Assembly: GCA_041492755.1 (NCBI GenBank)
Contig: JBGPXN010000066.1
Span: 1-23,176 of the forward strand
Direction: 5' to 3'
DNA length: 23,176 nt
From: Candidatus Methylomirabilia bacterium
GTDB taxonomy: Bacteria > Methylomirabilota > Methylomirabilia > Rokubacteriales > CSP1-6
Shown here: one piece after another, positions 19,202-23,176 of the stretch
Layout: every line of letters begins with the position of its first letter
Position numbering within the stretch: the stretch's first letter is position 1
Translations under genes and position numbers: made by a program
Notes under the pieces: generated by a model
What the model was told of the DNA's origin: nothing
What the model saw: only the letters and a program-made list of their open reading frames with translations
Databases searched by the model: none

Positions 19202-19214
19202 TCGGGAAACCCGA
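19202..19214. promoter_or_regulatory. LysR-type T-N11-A binding site
   Basis: TCGGG-AAA-CCCGA dyad directly before the lysR ATG in the divergent intergenic region. Confidence 0.6.
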
Positions 19215-20150
19215 ATGACGTTCCGCCAGGTCGAGTCATTCCTCGCGGTCGCGCGCGAGGGGAGCTTCAGCCGCGGCGCGCAGCGCATCCATCTCTCGCA
19301 GCCGACGCTCTCAGGGCACATCAGTGAACTGGAGCGCGAGCTCGGCGCCAAGCTCTTCGTCCGCAAGGCGCGCCAGGTGCTGCTCACGGAGGCGGGGCGG
19401 ATCTTCGAGGGCCATGCTACCCGGATGGTGACGGCGGCAGAAGACGCGCGGCGGGCGGTGTCCGACGTGGACGGACTGCGTCGTGGCTCTCTCCTCGTTG
19501 GCGCGAGCACCACCCCCGGTATCTACGTGCTGCCCGCGGTGCTGTCGGCGTTCCAGACGCGTTATCCGGGCATCGACATTGCGCTTCAGATCGCGAACTC
19601 TCGCGTGATCGAGGAGCGCGTCAGGGCCGATGGGCTGGACCTCGGCGTGGTCGGCGGCCACGTCCTGGGCCCCGGCGAGCGTTGCGTGGCGGCCGGGCTG
19701 CTCGACGAGTTGGTCCTTATCACGCCTCGGGGGCATCCGTGGGCCCGCCGCGGACGTACTTCCGGTCGTGAACTGGCGGCCGAGCGGATGCTCGTCCGCG
19801 AGCCCGGTTCCGCCACTCGCCAGGTGATCGAGCGAGCCTTGATGCAGGCCGCCATCACGCCGGCACGGACGATGGAGCTTGGCCATACCGAGGCGATCAA
19901 ACAGTGCGTCATGGCGGGTCTTGGCGTCGCCTTCGTTTCCATCCACGCCATTCGTATCGAGGTGCGCGCGCGGCAACTCGCCATCGTCCCGGTGCGCGGG
20001 TTGCACGTTCGCCGCCACTTTCATGTCATCCACGGCGAGCAGCGGATCCTGGGAGCGAGCGCGCAGGCGTTTCTGTCGATCCTGAACGAACACGCGCATC
20101 GCCGCGTCGCACCGAGTCTCCGTGGGAAGGCATCACTTGGCGGGCGGTGA
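19215..20150 (+). CDS. LysR-family regulator, CysL-like
   Basis: SFSRGAQRIHLSQPTLSGHISELERELG, GASTTPGIYVLP, REPGSATR, ELGHTEAIKQCVMAGLGVAFVS. Confidence 0.93.
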   Translation: MTFRQVESFLAVAREGSFSRGAQRIHLSQPTLSGHISELERELGAKLFVRKARQVLLTEAGRIFEGHATRMVTAAEDARRAVSDVDGLRRGSLLVGASTTPGIYVLPAVLSAFQTRYPGIDIALQIANSRVIEERVRADGLDLGVVGGHVLGPGERCVAAGLLDELVLITPRGHPWARRGRTSGRELAAERMLVREPGSATRQVIERALMQAAITPARTMELGHTEAIKQCVMAGLGVAFVSIHAIRIEVRARQLAIVPVRGLHVRRHFHVIHGEQRILGASAQAFLSILNEHAHRRVAPSLRGKASLGGR

Positions 20151-20767
20151 TGGGACTCTACGCGCGCTACGTGCTCCCACGGTTGATCAACCTGGCGATG
20201 CAGTCGGCCGACCTGGAGGCCGAACGCCGCCGGCTCGTGCCGCTCGCTCGAGGCCGCGTGATCGAGATCGGCTTCGGCTCGGGACTGAACCTGCCCTTCT
20301 ACACGGCCGACGTCGTCCGGCTCGCGGCCGTCGATCCCTCCGCCGAATTGTGGCGCCTGGCTCAGCCGCGCCTGGCGCGGGCGCGGATCGCGGTCGAATT
20401 CACCGGCGCATCGGCGGAACGTCTGCCCTTTCGTGCCCACACGTTCGACACGGCGGTGATGACGTGGACGCTGTGCTCGATTGGTGACCCCGCGGCGGCC
20501 TTACGCGAGATTCGGCGCGTTCTCGTACCCACGGGCCGCCTGCTGTTCGTCGAGCACGGCCGCGCTCCCGATGCCGGCGTCCGCGCGTGGCAGGACCGGC
20601 TGACGCCGGGGTGGCGGCGCCTGGCCGGGGGCTGCCGTCTCAACCGCGAAATCGACCGTCTCATCGCGGGTGCCGGCTTCCGGATTGCCGACCTCGCGCA
20701 AGCCTACGGCGCCGGGCCGCGCCCGTTCTCGTACCTGTACAAGGGGATCGCGGAGTCCGGTCCGTGA
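20150..20767 (+). CDS. Class I SAM-dependent methyltransferase, METTL7/UbiE-like
   Basis: MGLYARYVLPRLI, VIEIGFGSGLNLPFY, FDTAVMTWTLCSI, LLFVEHG, AGGCRLNR; TGATG overlap with the lysR stop. Confidence 0.9.
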   Translation: MGLYARYVLPRLINLAMQSADLEAERRRLVPLARGRVIEIGFGSGLNLPFYTADVVRLAAVDPSAELWRLAQPRLARARIAVEFTGASAERLPFRAHTFDTAVMTWTLCSIGDPAAALREIRRVLVPTGRLLFVEHGRAPDAGVRAWQDRLTPGWRRLAGGCRLNREIDRLIAGAGFRIADLAQAYGAGPRPFSYLYKGIAESGP

Positions 20768-20872
20768 CCTGTCGGCCGACGCGGTACTGAAGCCGAGCCT
20801 GACGCCGCGATCGGACCCTCTATCGAGTCGACTTACAGCAGTTAGAGGCGGCGCGAGCCGCGAGAGTCGACA

Positions 20873-21544
20873 TCAGGGTGCAAGCTCCACCGTGACGCCG
20901 ATGACGTCACCGAGCGGGATCCGCGCCGGCGCCTGGGCGAGGCCGCCCGGGTACAGCGCGCTGGCCCACCCGAGCGCGCGAAGCCGCGACCCTGCGGCGG
21001 CCGACGCCAGCGCGCGCAGGGATGCGATCGTGAAGTCCCTGGCCTGGCCGATCAGGGGACTGCGCGCCGCGGGTCCCCAGCGCCGCGAGAGCCCGCCCAG
21101 GCTCCAGCGGTTCAACGCCACCACGAGCACGCCGCGACGCGCGACCCGAGCCGCCTCCGCCAGCGCCACGGCCGGATGCTCGGCGAACTCGAGGGCAATG
21201 ACGAAGACCGCGAGGTCGACGGCTCGGCTCCGGACCGGGAGGCCGTGGGCGTCGCCCTGGACCAGCGGCAGCCGCGGGAGACGGCGCCGCGCCTCCGCCA
21301 GCATCGCGGGCGACCGGTCGAGCCCCACCACGTGGGGCAGCCTGCCCGCGAGCCAGTGTGTGAAGTGCCCGGTTCCGCAGCCCACCTCGAGCGCGCTCTG
21401 CGCCGTCGCGAACGGAGCGAGCAGACGCTCGAGCAACGCGCGCTCAGCTTCGTCGGCGCGCCGACCGCGTGGGGTGGCGTACCACGCCTCGTACCCGGCG
21501 GCCCCGCGCTCGAAGAGCTGCCAGGCGACAGGGCGTCCGCTCAC
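20873..21544 (-). CDS. Class I SAM-dependent methyltransferase (type 11)
   Basis: YEAWYATPRG, LEVGCGTGHF, GLDRSPAML, GDAHGLP, ALAEAARVAR. Confidence 0.9.
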   Translation of the reverse strand: MSGRPVAWQLFERGAAGYEAWYATPRGRRADEAERALLERLLAPFATAQSALEVGCGTGHFTHWLAGRLPHVVGLDRSPAMLAEARRRLPRLPLVQGDAHGLPVRSRAVDLAVFVIALEFAEHPAVALAEAARVARRGVLVVALNRWSLGGLSRRWGPAARSPLIGQARDFTIASLRALASAAAGSRLRALGWASALYPGGLAQAPARIPLGDVIGVTVELAP

Positions 21545-21789
21545 GTGGAGACCGTGCAGGCGTTGGAGACGGTGACGGTCATCACCACATGGCCGAGCGC
21601 GCCGGCCTGGACGAAGGCGTCTGCGAGGGCGCTGAAGACCGTCGCTGCCTCGCCGGTCACCATCGTGCTCATGGCGCCAACCTCGGGCCGGAGCCCGGCC
21701 GCCTGGAGCGCCGCGCTCACTGCGGTGATCGCCGGGGTGAGCCGCTCCTGCCGCAACGGATAGATCGCGACCTGCGCGCTGATGATCAT
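21541..21789 (-). CDS. YkoF/thiamine-binding-protein family small protein
   Basis: ISAQVAIYPL...VGAMSTMVTGE...VVMTVTVSNAC; AAGGAG RBS before ATG 21789. Confidence 0.8.
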   Translation of the reverse strand: MIISAQVAIYPLRQERLTPAITAVSAALQAAGLRPEVGAMSTMVTGEAATVFSALADAFVQAGALGHVVMTVTVSNACTVST

Positions 21790-21906
21790 GAACCGCTCCT
21801 TTCGCCCGTGCGAGAGGCGATCGTCGGCCACGGGCAGGGTGCTTCCGACGCCATCGGGGCCTGCTCGGCGCGCTCGTCTCCCATCCGGCGCCGTCGTGCG
21901 GGCCGC

Positions 21907-23064
21907 TCAGGTCACCTTCACCGGATGCGCCACTGGCACGTTGTAGCCGTAGCCCTGGGCGTTCCAGGGAATGGTGGCCGGCTGCGCGTTCCCCTGGTCG
22001 TCGACCGCCCGCGTCAGGATCACGTGCTCACCCGGGCGGGCATCCCACTCGAAGTCCCATCGGGCCCAGGCGCGCGGGATGTTGGGCTCGCGGAGGGAGG
22101 CCGGCTGCCACGTCGCCCCGCGATCGAGACTGTACTCGACGCGGCTGATGCGGCCGACCGGCGACCAGGCGAAGCCACGGACACGCTGGCGGCCCGCCGG
22201 CAGCGTCGCGCCCCACGGCAACGCGACGGCGCTCTTGATCGTCTGCTGGCGCAGCACGACCTTGCTGGGGTAGTCGGGGCCTTCCAGGACGTACGTCTTG
22301 GTCGTGGTGGGCACGTCGATCACGCTGTTGCGCACCTCGATCCGCCCCACCCACTTGACGTTGTTGATGCCGACCCAGCCGGGGACGATGGCCCGTACCG
22401 GGAAGCCGTGATCTGGGGGCACGGGCTCCCCGTTGAAGGCGTACGCCAGCAGCGTGTCCTCCTCGAACGCCTTCGCGAGGGAGATCGGCCGGTTGACCTT
22501 CACCGAGTCGAGCCCCTCCACGAGCACGTTCAGGATGTCGCGCGGCGTGTCGCGCCGGACCTTCGCCAGCTCGAGGACCGCCCCCAGGGGAACCCCCGTC
22601 CACTCCGCCACCCCGATCCCGCCGAACCGCCACTGCGTTCCCGAGGCCACCTTGCCCATGAACTCCTTGAAGAACCCGCGTCCGTTGCCGGCGCACTCGA
22701 CGTAGGCGATGACCGAGCGCGAGGGCAGCCGCAGGAGGTCGTCGAAGCCGAGCTCGACGGGACGCTCGACGGCGTTGCCCTCGATGCGCAGCCGCCAGGT
22801 GCGCGTGTCGAGGGCCGGAGTCGTCGTGTGCTGGCGGACGAAGAAGTGGCTGGCCGGGGTCAGGTAGCCCCGGAGCGTTTCCAGCCGGGTCTCCCGGTTG
22901 ATCCCGTGGTCGATGAAGATCTCGGCCGGCATGGGCTTGACGTGAAACTTCTGAGCCTGCGCGGCAGCCTGGGCCATGGCCTCGCCACTTGCAGCCAGGG
23001 ATGCCGCCCCCGCGGCGCCCGTGACCAGGAATTGCCGTCGGGTGAAGACGTGATGTCGCTCCAT
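21907..23064 (-). CDS. Tat-exported sulfite-oxidase-family molybdoenzyme (SorA/SoxC-like, with dimerisation domain)
   Basis: TRRQFL Tat signal, HFFVRQH, ECAGNGR (Mo-ligand Cys), DHGFPVRAIVPGWVG...VKW, RAVDDQGNAQP...WNAQGY; AGGAGG RBS. Confidence 0.92.
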   Translation of the reverse strand: MERHHVFTRRQFLVTGAAGAASLAASGEAMAQAAAQAQKFHVKPMPAEIFIDHGINRETRLETLRGYLTPASHFFVRQHTTTPALDTRTWRLRIEGNAVERPVELGFDDLLRLPSRSVIAYVECAGNGRGFFKEFMGKVASGTQWRFGGIGVAEWTGVPLGAVLELAKVRRDTPRDILNVLVEGLDSVKVNRPISLAKAFEEDTLLAYAFNGEPVPPDHGFPVRAIVPGWVGINNVKWVGRIEVRNSVIDVPTTTKTYVLEGPDYPSKVVLRQQTIKSAVALPWGATLPAGRQRVRGFAWSPVGRISRVEYSLDRGATWQPASLREPNIPRAWARWDFEWDARPGEHVILTRAVDDQGNAQPATIPWNAQGYGYNVPVAHPVKVT

Positions 23065-23176
23065 GGTGGCCTCCTTCTGCCGCCCCAGACTGGTGTGCCC
23101 AGGATTCTAGAAGCCGGCCGTCGGCGGCGCAACACGAGGCGCCGGCGACCTTGATCAGCTCCGTCCGGATGGCCGC

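Noticed and set aside
21786..21884. 32-aa minus-strand ORF MGDERAEQAPMASEAPCPWP... overlapping the YkoF-like start
   Set aside because: No RBS or motif; likely chance.
21469..23154. 561-aa plus-strand ORF
   Set aside because: Antisense to the sulfite-oxidase-family and YkoF-like genes; no motifs.
23065..23176. Coding-like minus-strand frame AAIRTELIKVAGASCCAA at the window edge
   Set aside because: The frame does not stop before the downstream gene and is too short to assign without upstream sequence.

Overview
High-GC bacterial accessory region (about 70% GC by eye, not computed) with about 25 genes for metal efflux and thiol/sulfur/selenium handling. No rRNA, tRNA, CRISPR array or transposase was seen. 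Left: a CusA-type Cu/Ag RND efflux cluster in unusual order (cusA, YtkA/FixH-like, TolC, adaptor), ynfA, a His-tailed EamA transporter, and a MerR regulator preceded by a CueR-type promoter and followed by an MFS gene and an internally deleted PIG-L gene. Middle: a DinB-type gene, DUF1059, a MacAB-like ABC exporter, and a rearranged intergenic region with a 34-bp duplication, a perfect hairpin, a truncated ABM-like ORF and a 26-aa CGCGC peptide. Right: the main finding is a persulfide-dioxygenase-like metallo-beta-lactamase gene (19110-18373) with an in-frame TGA at codon 20 and a SECIS-like hairpin, i.e. a probable selenoprotein that the ORF track splits in two. It heads an apparent operon (MFS, PLP trans-sulfuration enzyme fused to two NifU domains, apparently circularly permuted DinB, Crp/Fnr) divergent from a CysL-like LysR and a METTL7-like methyltransferase, next to a Tat-exported sulfite-oxidase-family enzyme. 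All family calls come from motif recognition, not database searches.
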